Origin: Octopus sinensis
Taxonomy: Eukaryota
Assembly (NCBI RefSeq): GCF_006345805.1
Contig: NC_042997.1
Span: 54,436,001 to 54,500,000, forward strand
Length of the DNA stretch: 64,000 bases
Direction of reading: 5' to 3'
Positions 1 through 11,231 of the stretch are shown here, piece by piece. The notes beneath the pieces were generated by a model, which did not search any database, had not been told where the DNA came from, and saw nothing but the letters and a program-made list of their open reading frames with translations. Positions within the stretch are counted from its first letter, which is position 1, and each line of letters opens with the position of its first letter. Both the position numbers and the translations under genes were made by a program.

Positions 1-1830
1 GGCAAGAATCTACTAGTATTGATCTGCCTTTGCAGTAGCTGTTTTGGTTCTGTTAAAGGATGAGATCAATGAGGGGAAATTCTATGAAGGAGCATGGAGT
101 TTTAGATCTTTGAGGTTAGAGGTGAGAGTGTAATTCCTTTGTAGTTCTTAGGCAAGTAAGAATTACCTTTTCCAAAGTTGATTAACAGAAAACGTCAAAA
201 AGACTTAGTTTGTTTCCTTTATAAGTCTCCTCACAGATGTTTGTAGAAGAATAGCCTATTCCAGATGATAACAGGGATTCTCTCTGGATTTAGTGTCTTC
301 ATTTTTCTTAACCCTTTTTGTAATTTTTTTTTCAAAGCCTCTTCTATGGTAAATGGGCCAGTCTAGATTTTTAGGTTATCTTTGTGGTTGAAGACAGGAA
401 TGTCATTAAGTTTGGAATCTGTTTTACCAATCTGTTTTAAGTATGAATCTGTTTTACCAAGAAGCAATCTGAAATGCTGAAACCAGGTGTTGAGATATTG
501 GTATGAATCATTAAGGAAGTCTTGTTAAATGTCCTCAGATCTATCCAAATTTCAGCATGCTTATTTTCATTGTGGAGGTTGTTGAGTTCTTTAGTTTTGG
601 ACTTGACGCATGCTTCTACTGCCTCATGGTACATCTCATCAAGTACAATGTTAGCTGAATTGAAATTTCTTTAATTGTTCCTTGTAGAACTAGAACAATA
701 GCTATGTGATATCTGCAGTAAAATATTTTCTACAAATAACCAAATATTTTATAATAATCTGCTTTCTTCAGATCCATTTTGGTCCTTGTTACTATCTTAT
801 TGGAAGCAAAAGTTAGTCTCTTTTTCTCCTTTGGGATAAATTCCAGTGCTATATTTCTGTTATCAGTGATGATATATTTCTGTTATCACATACAGCACTA
901 CCATTCAATCCTGTTACAAAAACAATGACGAACTTGTCAAGTACTCCAACGGTAATCTCTTTAAATTTATTATCATCACCTACTACTTTTCCCTTATTGA
1001 TTTGCTTCATGTGATCTGTGGCTGATATTTTGTTTTTGCATAAACCTATTTTGATTAACTCTGTAGATTTGCTCATGCTGGGTTAAACTAGACAAGTTTC
1101 TTTGTAATCTTTCCCCATATCTCTCTTCATTACCATCATTGTGTTTCAAGCCCAGATCTTGTACTCTTATCAGACCTTCCTTCTCAAAACTACAACCTCT
1201 TGAATTTTCTCCATACCCAGTTTACCTACAAACATTGACTTAAATATTCCAGCTATAACATCAAGCCCACATCAATCTTACAAGTGAAAGTGGAATGTGT
1301 AACTGGCTCTCAAAGATTTGACTGACTATAAATAATAATTTTAGTCCCTAATATGTGATTTAGTTATATAAATAAGATTGCTGAATGCAAGCTTTCGTAA
1401 CTTTTTGTAGCTTTGAATATATTAGTTGTGTGTATTCATAATTAGAAAGAATAAGATACAAGACTCTTTAGCATGTTTAGTGGTAGTCTTTGTTGTTGAA
1501 TGATAGTAAGTTATTGTCCCCATGTATGAAAATCTGCTCGAAGTCATTGTTCATGACAGCAGTGTATTTCTGGTATGAGGTATCTAGGTTGTTCCTCAGA
1601 AATTCATAACATAGTTCTCTTCTTATTCCTCTCCATTTAAATAGACATCATATTTTACTAACTGGGAGTAATACCTAACAGAATTATCTTTTACCTTCCA
1701 TACCTTCCTTCTAATTGTTATTTCCTCCCAGGTCTTCTTTGACTTCCACTTCAAATTGTTAAACACTAACATATATTCTCTTTCTCTGGTTAGGGCAAAA
1801 GTAATCTCCGCTTCATAACCATCCACATGA
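1..1830 (-). mobile_element. Degenerate non-LTR retrotransposon ORF2 relic (RTE/RTEX-like; pre-RT linker and RT start)
   Basis: Minus-strand translation across stops and frameshifts gives ALEFIPKEKKR...LKKA, EAVEACVKSKTKELNNLH..NKHAEIW, GPFTIEEAL, KGNSYLPKNYKGITLSPLTSKI*NSMLLHRI and QNQNSYCKGRS (RT N-terminal motifs). Best supported over 1-850; the extension to 1830 is weaker. Confidence 0.75.
701..756 (+). other. 56-bp fragment of ZNF post-stop sequence embedded in the LINE relic
   Basis: TAG-CTATGTGATATCTGCAGTAAAATATTTTCTACAAATAAC matches the sequence after the ZNF2/ZNF5/ZNF6 stop codons. The 17-mer at 724-740 is identical to the reverse complement of 55990-56006. Flanked by AATA at 697-700 and 753-756. 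Confidence 0.7.
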
Positions 1831-1899
1831 CATGCAGATGAACTAATGGTTGACTAACTTCTTTAAGTTTGTAGTGTGAATGCTAAAATAATTTGCATT

Positions 1900-2570
1900 A
1901 GAAAAATGCAAGAATTATTTGTGCCATATTTCAAGGAATTATTTGTGCCATATTTATCAGTGTACCATACTTGTCTTTCCTGACATGACTGTTATAATTA
2001 ACCATCATGAAGATGATATTAATGACATCACTTCTTGTGATAAATTAAGCAGAGATTATGGATACTTTAGTGTTGTAAAACATTTACTTGAAATTCTTTA
2101 TTATGTGTATAAAGAGATACAGGACAAATTAACTGGCAGAATTGTGAGAGTATCAGATAAAATTCTTGTGGTGTTTCATTCTGAGTTCAAATCCTGCCAA
2201 TTTTGCCATTTGTCCTCCAGAATCAACAGATGAAGTACCTGTCAAGCATTGGGGTTGATATAATCAACTAAACCCATCTCAAATGTAAAGTGCCTATATT
2301 AAAAAGTTAGCGATAATATTATTATGAATTCACACACATCATACACCTATGATATATGTTTAGACGTGTGGTATATGTGATATTTTCTTTCAGATATTGA
2401 GCATCACAAACAAATATCTACATTAACCCACAAAATGATATCAAAATAACCATTAAAAAACTCCACTGGATGACAATACTCCAATTGTTAACCCACATTT
2501 CTGTATCTTTCACTAAGTATGAGAAAATATTTAGAACCATTACAAATGCAATCTCATTGAAATAAAACCT
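1900..2570 (+). other. Orphan ZNF-type terminal 3' flank block ending in AATAAA (2561-2566)
   Basis: Homologous by eye to 10700-11231 (ZNF1), 24250-24690 (ZNF2) and the reverse complement of ~42190-42400 (ZNF4). Shared motifs include cctgacat, tgttgtaaaa..tttacttgaaat, tatgagaaaat and aatctcatt.aaataaaa. Confidence 0.7.
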
Positions 2571-2575
2571 ATAGA

Positions 2576-2749
2576 ATTCAGAGCCAGCACTGCAAGTTAC
2601 AGTATTTGGTGGTGTGGTCTGGTGCTGATGAAAGAGCAATAACTCTTGAAATATATATATACAACTACAACCTACTTTTTTCTATATTCGATTACATTGT
2701 TTTCATAAATGTATTCGTTTATGAAATGTAACTTGAAGTGCTGGCTCAG
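2576..2749 (+). mobile_element. 174-bp non-autonomous Penelope-like/retrozyme-like insertion
   Basis: 11-bp direct repeat AAACCTATAGA at 2565-2575 and 2750-2760. 20-bp inverted repeat at 2581-2600 and 2728-2747 (19/20). Central hammerhead core. 9-bp hairpin at 2701-2726. Confidence 0.7.
2611..2672 (+). ncRNA. Type I hammerhead ribozyme motif
   Basis: CTGATGA (2625-2631), helix II AAGAG-caataa-CTCTT, GAA (2648-2650), palindromic helix III ATATATATAT (2651-2660), predicted cleavage after A2661. Helix I is imperfect (3 of 4 proximal pairs). Confidence 0.65.
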
Positions 2750-2954
2750 AAACCTATAGAGATAAACATAAAAGTAAATACACTGCACTGTTAACATAAG
2801 GTAAGTCACATATTGACTCGTAAACCTTTAATATACTTGGTAGTACATTATGGTAGCAAAACGAAATTCTGTGTCCTTGGCAGCAATTTATTGTTTATTA
2901 AAAATTAAAATCACAGGCTTAACTGTGCTATTATTTTATCTAACTATCTGCTTT

Positions 2955-3428
2955 CATCATCATCATCGTTTAACATCCGCTTTCCATGCTAGCATGGAAT
3001 GGATGATTTGACTGAGGTCTGGCGAACCAGATGGCTGTGCCAGGCTCCAATCTGATCTGGCAGAGTTTCTACAGCTGGATGCCCTTCCTAACGCCAACCA
3101 CTCTGAGAGTGTAGTGGGTGCTTTTATGTGCCACTGGCACAAGGGCCGGTCTGGCAACGGCCACGCTCGAAATGGTGTTTATTACATGCCACCTACATGG
3201 GAGTCAGTCTAACGGACTTGGCAACGACCTCGCTTTAATGTTTTTTCATGTGCCACCAGCACAAGTGCCAGTAAGGTGACATTGGTAACTATCACACTCA
3301 AATGGTGCTTTTTATGTGCCACCGACACAGAAGCCATACAGCCACTCTGGCAGTGATCCTGCTCAGATGGAGCTGTTAGCACTCCACTGGCATGGGTGCC
3401 AGTCATTGAATTTGGTTCAGTTTCGATT
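2955..3428 (-). mobile_element. RTE-family 3' end / RTE-tailed SINE
   Basis: (CAT)n-CGTTTAAC is the reverse complement of a (GAT)n tail. The body ctggatgcccttcctaacgccaaccactc..gtagtgggtgc recurs at 27792, 31744 and 46326. Confidence 0.8.
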
Positions 3429-3544
3429 ACATATGTAACATATAAACTGTTTAATGTACCAAAAGTATGGAAACATTTAATGTGTAGTTATTCTCATCTA
3501 CTAACACAACTTCTTACCTAATTTTCAAATAAAAGGAGCACTCC

Positions 3545-3860
3545 ATATGTTATGACGACAAGGGTCCCAGGTGATACGATCAACGGAACAGCTTGCTCGT
3601 GAAATTAACGTGGAAGTGGCTGAGCAGTCCACAGACAGGTATACCTTTATCGTAGTACTCAGGGAAATTCAGCATGACACAGAGTGTGACAAGGCCGGCA
3701 TTTTGAAATACAGGTACAACTCATTTTTGCCAGCTGAGTGGACTGGAGTAATGTGAAATAAAGTGTCTTGCTCAAGGACACAACGTGTCACCGTGAATTG
3801 AACTCCCGACCTTACGATCATGAGCTGAATGCCCCTAACCACTAAGCCACGCGCCTTCAC
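3545..3860 (-). mobile_element. tRNA-derived SINE
   Basis: The minus strand starts GTGAAGGCGCGTGGCTTAGTGGTTAGG (A box) then GGGAGTTCAATTC (B box), followed by gtgtccttgagcaagacactt. No tRNA acceptor stem is completed. Confidence 0.8.
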
Positions 3861-4717
3861 TAATTCTCAAATATATCACAACGACCAACAAACTAAACAC
3901 ACCTTATAAAAAGACAAGCTAATGATAAAGAGTCTGTTACTGCCAGATGAGAGAACCGAATGCAGTCATGTGTCACATCAGGTACTATCTCCTATCAGCT
4001 AAGATAGATGATCAAACCAACCGAATATAAAGAATCTGCAACATTAAGTGAGCTAACTTCTACTAGTATGCTACAAGCTACTGACAATCATTCTTTAATG
4101 TCCCCCCTCTCTAAGTCATCGACATAAGCTATCAGAGTAAATGACTAAAACAAACAGAACTTTCTAATGTTATTGTTTTTTTTAACCATTGCATTCTTTT
4201 TAAACTTTTAACAGTAAAACGGATAAGGAATTGAAAAGGGACGACTCCTCTTCTCATACATCCTTCATCCCATTTTTGAGGGAAAAGGGATAGTGACCAG
4301 CACATTTATCTTATTGTTAAAAGTTAGGAGGACAAATTACATCAATAATAATTTTAAACAAATGAAAAATATTTTCGGATAATGCTCGACAAGCCATTTA
4401 CAGCAAATCACTGAAATAAACAATTACAGAAGATATTCAGAAATGACAAATAAAATTCGAAATTCTTTCGGTTTACGATCACAAATTGAAAGTAATTCGG
4501 ACACTTTTTCGATTATTTCTGTGAACCTAATATATTTTCTCTATTTTACCCTACAAATTAAATATTTTCGCTTTCATATATCATACTATATCATAAATAT
4601 TCGGATATTCATTTTCATCTCATAAGTCGTCTTTCATATGTAATCAGACTTCTTATTATAAATCATTCGCAAATTGCGACAGTTAAATCAAGTTACGTTC
4701 ATAATTCTCATATCATT

Positions 4718-4845
4718 CTTTTCTATTCTAAGCACAAGGCTCGAAATTTTGGGGGAGGGGGCCAGTCGATTAGATCGACCCCAGTACGCAATTGGTAATT
4801 AATTTATCGACCCCGAAAGGATGAAAGGCGAAGTTGACCTCGGCG
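4718..4845 (-). mobile_element. SINE fragment (gtcgactttgcctttcatcctttcggggtcgat family)
   Basis: tttatcgaccccgaaaggatgaaaggcgaagttgacctcggcg; the same family occurs at 50341-50719. Confidence 0.75.
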
Positions 4846-6101
4846 ACGTTAAAAGTCGGCTGCTTACGAAATTTTTCAGTTTCAATTGCTTCCAGACTGA
4901 AACAATATTCAAAATTAATTAAATGCTTTTCAGATATACAATTCATCCACTTCAGTTTTTCTTGGTACGAGATCAAAAGCACTCAATACCTTAACTGTGT
5001 GTATAATGGTTAATAGAGGAAAAGAATTTTCGCTGGCCATCAAACACAAGGAAAGTAACTGTTAACTGACGAAGTGAGAGTGGAGTTATTAAACTGACCA
5101 GGAAGCTATCTTTGTTCAATGTATCCTTTCTTTTTAAAGACAGTGGGGTGTGAGTTGAGTGACATTTCTTTGTTTATTAGTAGGAGGTCAAGTGATCACA
5201 TATACTCTGTCGTTATTGTGGGCTTAAAGAAAAATTATAGGATCTTTTCAGGAAAAGATCCAAATTATAAAATGTAAAATGGGTAGTTTTGTTACGAAAA
5301 ACTGAAATTAAGTTGCGAATCTGGATTAGCAATCAACTCTGATCGTTGGCCTGTTTGTTCAGAAGTCACCGACCAGAGATTAAACAGCGGTAAGAAAGGC
5401 GACATCTTATAACCGAAAGTAGGACGAGGTGGACAGAGTTGGAAGGTTTTTAATAAGATCAGTCTAGACATGTATTACAGTATCCAGGAACTTTATAGCA
5501 CTCTCTATCGTAAGAGGTAATTTTTATCCTTCACGCTCAGTTACAAGGCTTGTAATTTTACATTCATTTGTGCCATTGTATATTAGTAACAACTAATTAA
5601 CTGTTGTAGCTGAGAAATTAGTCATCAACCTGGATAAAAATAAGAAATAGCCTGCAAGAAGTACTTGAAAATCCTGGTAATCTATCAATATCAAACCTTA
5701 CTACCTCAATACACCTCTCATTATTTCATATTACAATGTAAGTATCATTAATATATTTTAAGTATGACTTGTAGTAAAATGTTTCTCTTCATATTCATAT
5801 TTCTACTTCGTTTGTTTCAGTTCTGTTCCCTGTCACATCTTATCCCTTCGTTTTTATTTTTCATCATCTACTTCCTTGCTTAGTTTAAACGCACTAAATC
5901 TAGTTTTTAGACAATATTTTATTCTTTTCTTATTCTTCTAAACCCTTTTATTTTTCGTCCATGTTCTCTTCTTTTGCTCTATCTTTCCGTGTCCCCTACT
6001 GCGACGTAGTTTGTCACACTCTGTACCGTTTCCTTATTTTCATGTCTATGAGATCAAGTTTCATGAAATGCTTGTATGCTCGACTGCTAAACGTTACATA
6101 T

Positions 6102-6208
6102 CAATTCATGGGCAACCTGCGGCCCACGAATGGCACGCCTAACGAAAAATTACCTTGACTTTTTTGTAGTGTGGCCCGCTTCTCGAAAAAAAAAGTTGCC
6201 TATACCTG
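6102..6208. mobile_element. Possible hAT-type MITE relic
   Basis: catgggcaacctgcggccc ... gtggcccgc ... gttgcctatacctg resembles hAT/Charlie termini. No 8-bp TSD was recognised. Confidence 0.35.
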
Positions 6209-7284
6209 CAATAGATCAACAAATGGTGCTATTTCAGATTCGCACCACAAGGCGAGCTTATACTGTTCTCACACAAGAGCCGTCACTTCAGATTATTCCG
6301 TCAAATGTAATATTTATTTATTCACATTGTTTTCAATCAATTGTGCATTATCTTGTGTATTCGAGATTTCGGTGATGTGATTGTTTATTTTTAGAACAAC
6401 ATTGTAAAGTAAGTGTGAGAGGCCAGTCCTGGTCAGTTTGAACATAAATCAGGTAGAATATTTCGGTTGGGTATGTCTTGGCTTAAATACTGAAAGGTTG
6501 CTCTTTAGCATTGCCGAATCCTCTTGCAACAGAATTCATAACACATACACACCATTATTACCCCGATTTCTCTCCCTCTCTCCAGAATTCATAACACATA
6601 CACACCATGATAACCCGATTTTTTTTAATACACACGTGTGCTGCTGAAGCATATGTGTGTTGCTATTATTTCTAGAATGATGAGCGAAGAACACAGATAA
6701 ACGTATATATGTATGCAGTACCAACGGCTAGCACACAAGCATCCAACAACTATTACCATGGTACTTTGTATATACATTGGATTCTGTATATATTTATACT
6801 ATTGTATATATTCTGTATATATTTATACATATGTATTATAAATTTTATCGCCCAACATACTGACGTCCTTTGGGTATGAATAGTTAGTTCAGAGTGACTT
6901 CGCCGATGCTACGAATCTAAAAGAGCGCCCGACAATTTACCAAAATAAACAGTAAGAAAATGGGGGGGGGGCATAAAAAAACGATAGGGATAAAATAACA
7001 AGAAGTCAGTAACAAAATAGAGGCACACACATTCCATCGACCAAGAGAGACTTGTGCTCTGTTGAAAAAATTTGAGACTATCCAAACCCAAGCATTACAT
7101 TGAGGTATTAATTATCCCATGACACGACTTTAGAACATCCTCTATTTTGAGTTTTAAAAAAGATATTTCAATAGAAAAAATATTTTTGTATTCTAATAGA
7201 TATTCTACGATCAGTGTCGTTTAGTAGAATTTTAAATAAGATTAATCCCAATGAAGTATTCGGATTATGTTGGCTTTTCGTGAG

Positions 7285-7335
7285 CAGATGAAGTTGGTAG
7301 TTCATGTTGAATCCCCGTAAGGGCTGAAACTAGTA
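7285..7335 (+). ncRNA. Degenerate hammerhead-like relic
   Basis: CAGATGA (U4 mutated), ccc-gtaa-ggg hairpin, GAA, palindromic ACTAGT, A. Helix I and the base of helix II are disrupted. Confidence 0.35.
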
Positions 7336-8415
7336 ATAACGATCTTCACTTTTTGTACACCAGAATCAGAAAGACATTATTATGTCTGTGTTAAAGGGAT
7401 TATTTTTATAAAAGCTTGTCTTATTTTATTAGTGAAAAGCTTCATAGTAGTCTCTAACTACTGCAGTATATTCCTTCATCCATGTTCTTTTGACTCAGTA
7501 GAAAAAGGTAAATTTTGGTAATACCGGTAGAAAATACTTTTGTTTTTCTTGCATTCTGGATTGCACTTAACCATTTATTTGCATGACATCGAGGAAGTCA
7601 GACGGCTAAAGATTGAGCTAAGTGAAATAATCTATATAGCATTTCAGTGTAGATACGTATTTTTTCCTTAAGTAAGGTGGTAAATATAATTTTAGGATAT
7701 TGTTGTAATGTTCTGTCGAGCTTGACATCGTTTCCAGCCTTCATTAGATCCATAGTTCTAATCCATTCCGCATATATATCATATTTTACCGCATATATAT
7801 CATAATGCTATTTATCTGTAAATATGTTCAGAGTCTACCTGGCTATTGTTTCAGTACAAATGGTCGAATCTTTTCTCTCTTATAATTTTTTATGTTAACA
7901 CTTCTTTCTCTCGTTTGTCATATTGTTGTCTTTCGTTGCAGGTTATCACTTGATATTGAAATTAAAATATTTCACTAATGATTATCAACATATTTACCAA
8001 CTTCTGAAGACTAAAAGTAACCTTATGAAGCTGATGTCTGCGTGTTTTTACAACTTTTGGTTAAATTGAAGTGAATTTTTTCTTGGCCTTGATATTACTT
8101 GCAAAATTCCTACACTGGTGTTTGCTTGAAAATTTTCTTTATAAATGAAATCTGAAGAATTACCATGAAATTTTATCTGTATTATCTATAAGGACTTGAA
8201 CTTTGATATCTGGATATAACTCATTCATTGGAGCTATTTTAACAATCCTTCAGTTGCTGGTTATTATTTACAAAATTATTTCCTAATAATTCAAAGTAGA
8301 GTCTACTTTAATTTGAAGTATTAGGATAGAATGATATCTCTTTCTTAAGAACCAAGACATCATTAGACTTTAACTGTGATAACACGCAGAGAAAATATAG
8401 ATTAAAAGAGAAGTT

Positions 8416-9954
8416 ATGGATGAGGAAGCAAAGATTGGGAATATTGAATCAGACACTGAAAATATTGAATCAGACACCGAGAATATTGAATCAGATACTG
8501 AGAATATTGAATCAGATACTGAGAATATTGAATCAGACACCGAGAATATTGAAGCAGACACCAAAAATATTGAATCAGATATTGAGGATGTCGAATCAGA
8601 TACTGAGAATATTGAATCAGACACCGAGAATATTGAATCGGATACTGAGAATATTGAATCAGACACCAAAAATATTGAAGCAGACACCAAGAATATCAAA
8701 TCAGACACTGAAAATATTGAATCAGACACCGAGAATATTGAATCAGATACTGAGAATATTGAATCAGATACTGAGAATATTGAATCAGACACCGAGAATA
8801 TTGAAGCAGACACCAAAAATATTGAATCAGATATTGAGGATGTCGAATCAGATACTGAGAATATTGAATCAGACACCGAGAATATTGAATCAGATACTGA
8901 GAATATTGAATCAGACACCAAAAATATTGAAGCAGACACCAAGAATATCAAATCAGACACTGAAAATATTGAAGCAGACACCAAGAATATCAAAGCAAAG
9001 ACTGAAAATATAGAAACAAACCCTGAGAATATTGAAGTAAAAACTGAGAATATTGAAGTAAAGACTGAGAATATTGATTCATTTAATCAGACAGGAAAAA
9101 ATACAGAAGTGAAATCACATAAATGTGAAGTATGTGGAAAGTTATTTACTACAAGCAATTTATTATCTTCCCATAAATGTCAAGGTAAAACTATACACCA
9201 CTGTTATATCTGTGGTAAAATTTTCTCTCAACATAGTCATTTGTCTCGACATGTGCGTATCCATACAGGAGAAAGACCATACCATTGCGATATCTGTGGT
9301 AAATCATTCTCAGATAGTAGTACTTTACACACCCACAAACGTATTCACACAGGAGAGAAACGATACCACTGTGAATTCTGTGGTAAAAGCTTTTCTGGAA
9401 ATACTGGTTTGTCTTCTCATAGACGTACACATACAGGAGAAAGACCATACAAATGTGATGTCTGTGATAAGGCATTTTTTACAAGGGCTTATTTGACTCG
9501 ACATACACGTATTCACACAGGAGCAAAACCATACTTTTGTGAATTTTGTGGTAAATCATTTGCAGATAGAAACACGGTAATTTCCCACAAGCGTATCCAT
9601 ACCCAGGAGAAACCATTCCCCTGCGACGTTTGTGGTAAAACATTCTCTGAAAGTAGTAATTTGTCTTGTCACAAACGTATTCACACAGGAGAAAGACCGT
9701 ATCAATGTGATATCTGTGATAAAGCATTTTTTACTAAAAGTCATTTGGCAGGTCACATTCGTATTCATAAAGGAGAACGTCCATACCAATGTGATATCTG
9801 TGATAAGGCATTTTCTCAAACTTCTCATTTATCTCGACACAAACGTATTCATACAAGAGGGAAACTGTTTCCCTGTGATATTTGTAGTGAAGCATTTTCT
9901 ACAAATGAGCATTTAATTCAACATCAACATATTCACATGGGAATGAATATATAG
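8416..9954 (+). CDS. C2H2 zinc-finger protein ZNF1, 512 aa: 30 acidic heptads, one atypical finger and 9 canonical fingers
   Basis: Intact ORF with CxxC-x12-HxxxH fingers and TGE(K/R)P-type linkers. Confidence 0.95.
   Translation: MDEEAKIGNIESDTENIESDTENIESDTENIESDTENIESDTENIEADTKNIESDIEDVESDTENIESDTENIESDTENIESDTKNIEADTKNIKSDTENIESDTENIESDTENIESDTENIESDTENIEADTKNIESDIEDVESDTENIESDTENIESDTENIESDTKNIEADTKNIKSDTENIEADTKNIKAKTENIETNPENIEVKTENIEVKTENIDSFNQTGKNTEVKSHKCEVCGKLFTTSNLLSSHKCQGKTIHHCYICGKIFSQHSHLSRHVRIHTGERPYHCDICGKSFSDSSTLHTHKRIHTGEKRYHCEFCGKSFSGNTGLSSHRRTHTGERPYKCDVCDKAFFTRAYLTRHTRIHTGAKPYFCEFCGKSFADRNTVISHKRIHTQEKPFPCDVCGKTFSESSNLSCHKRIHTGERPYQCDICDKAFFTKSHLAGHIRIHKGERPYQCDICDKAFSQTSHLSRHKRIHTRGKLFPCDICSEAFSTNEHLIQHQHIHMGMNI
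8440..9069 (+). repeat. Coding 21-bp minisatellite (30 x NIESDTE-like) with a 252-bp higher-order duplication
   Basis: Units aatattgaatcagacac(t/c)ga(a/g). Units 2-13 (from 8461) repeat as units 14-25 (from 8713), including the variants NIEADTK-NIESDIE-DVESDTE. Confidence 0.95.
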
Positions 9955-11225
9955 CCGTGTGGTAATAGATTTTATCCAAATACCAATATATTTTATAAAT
10001 GAATTTGTTTTTATTATATTTCACCACACTACTATCAATGTTTTACTGTTTTATTCGCTGCCAATATTTTATTGGAAATTCCACCGTATCTTTTATATGC
10101 ACTGAATACTTGATCAGCTGAACATTTCATATATCCATTACTGCTAAACATTCCTGTCCAGTATCTGAGGTAAAAATTCTCTCCCTGTTGACCAGAATAC
10201 ACCTACATTTTTCATGTCTTCTATATTTTTTTTGTATGTGTACATGGAGCAGAAGCATTGTCCTACATGTGATCAGTACTCTGAGCTTTGTAAAGGGTCT
10301 ACTACAGACTAGAACTGAAATATTTATTGACACTAAAGGTTTTGGAGGTGGAATTACCATGAGTGTTTCCTCAGAAATTTTGAGTCCTCTCATTTGTAGC
10401 AACTTTGAGGGTTTTAGGTGTGTTTTATTCTTGATTAGATATGAAAAGTACTACTATTTCTTTGATATGCATAGTGACTGTACTTTTGTCCCATTGAATG
10501 TACTGTGCTATGTTCCCATTGAAAATCTTCTCAAGGTCTATGATAAGGGCAAAAAATCAGTCTTTACTTCATATCCATATGACAAGTATGTCACCAGGTG
10601 ACTGGCTAACTTTCTGAAAATTGTGTTGTAAATGGTAAGCTTTTTTCATTAGAGGAATACAGGAAATTTTTATTTTTTTTATCATACTCAGAACCTGCAT
10701 CCTCATCAATGTGTCATCCTACTAGTGTTGTTACCTGACATAACCGTTGAAATTATCCTCTATGAAGATGATGTCAATGATATCAGTTTTCATCTAGCTT
10801 GGACAAAAGTTTCACTGAACTTATCCTTCTACTTGTCTATTAATCCTATTGGTGAGACTTGAGCACAAATCATAGATGTTTTGATGTTGTAAAATATATA
10901 TTTGAAATACTTATGTTATCATATATAAATATATACAGGAAAGAAATTATATCAATGATAATATATATGATCATACAAATATTCACAAGTTATACTCGTT
11001 TGTTGGTATCCTGTGATATGTATGATAATACTTTCCATCCTGATTTGAGCAACATAAAGAAATCTCCAAATTACAACAAACTAATATTTAAGCAAGCTAT
11101 AAGAAAACACCTGCTGGATGACAATGTACCTTCTAGAACATTCCAATAGTTAACCCATGCTATTTGTGTAACTGTTACTATATATGAGAAAATGCATAGA
11201 ACCATAAAAGATACAATCTCATTAA

Positions 11226-11231
11226 AATAAA
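11226..11231 (+). promoter_or_regulatory. Candidate poly(A) signal of ZNF1 (second AATAAA at 11289-11294)
   Basis: AATAAA closes the conserved terminal block, at the same position as in ZNF2, ZNF4 and the orphan block. Confidence 0.55.

Larger units (their letters stand above)
5738..7941 (+). other. Predicted 5'UTR intron of ZNF1
   Basis: Donor GTAAGTatcattaatatatttta at 5738 and acceptor ttgcAG|GTTATCA at 7940-7941. Both contexts are conserved in ZNF2, ZNF4 and ZNF5. Confidence 0.7.

Noticed and set aside
3790-3860. tRNA-like A and B boxes (also at 30670, 50521, 53831)
   Set aside because: SINE heads: no complete cloverleaf, and they continue into repeat bodies.
8370-9013. 207-aa antisense ORF (SVSDSIF repeats) and 197-aa +1-frame ORF (ILNQ repeats)
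   Set aside because: Shadows of the 21-bp coding minisatellite, which lacks stops in those frames.
8440-9069. Regularly spaced repeats as a possible CRISPR array
   Set aside because: Contiguous tandem units with no unique spacers, inside an ORF, in a eukaryotic context.
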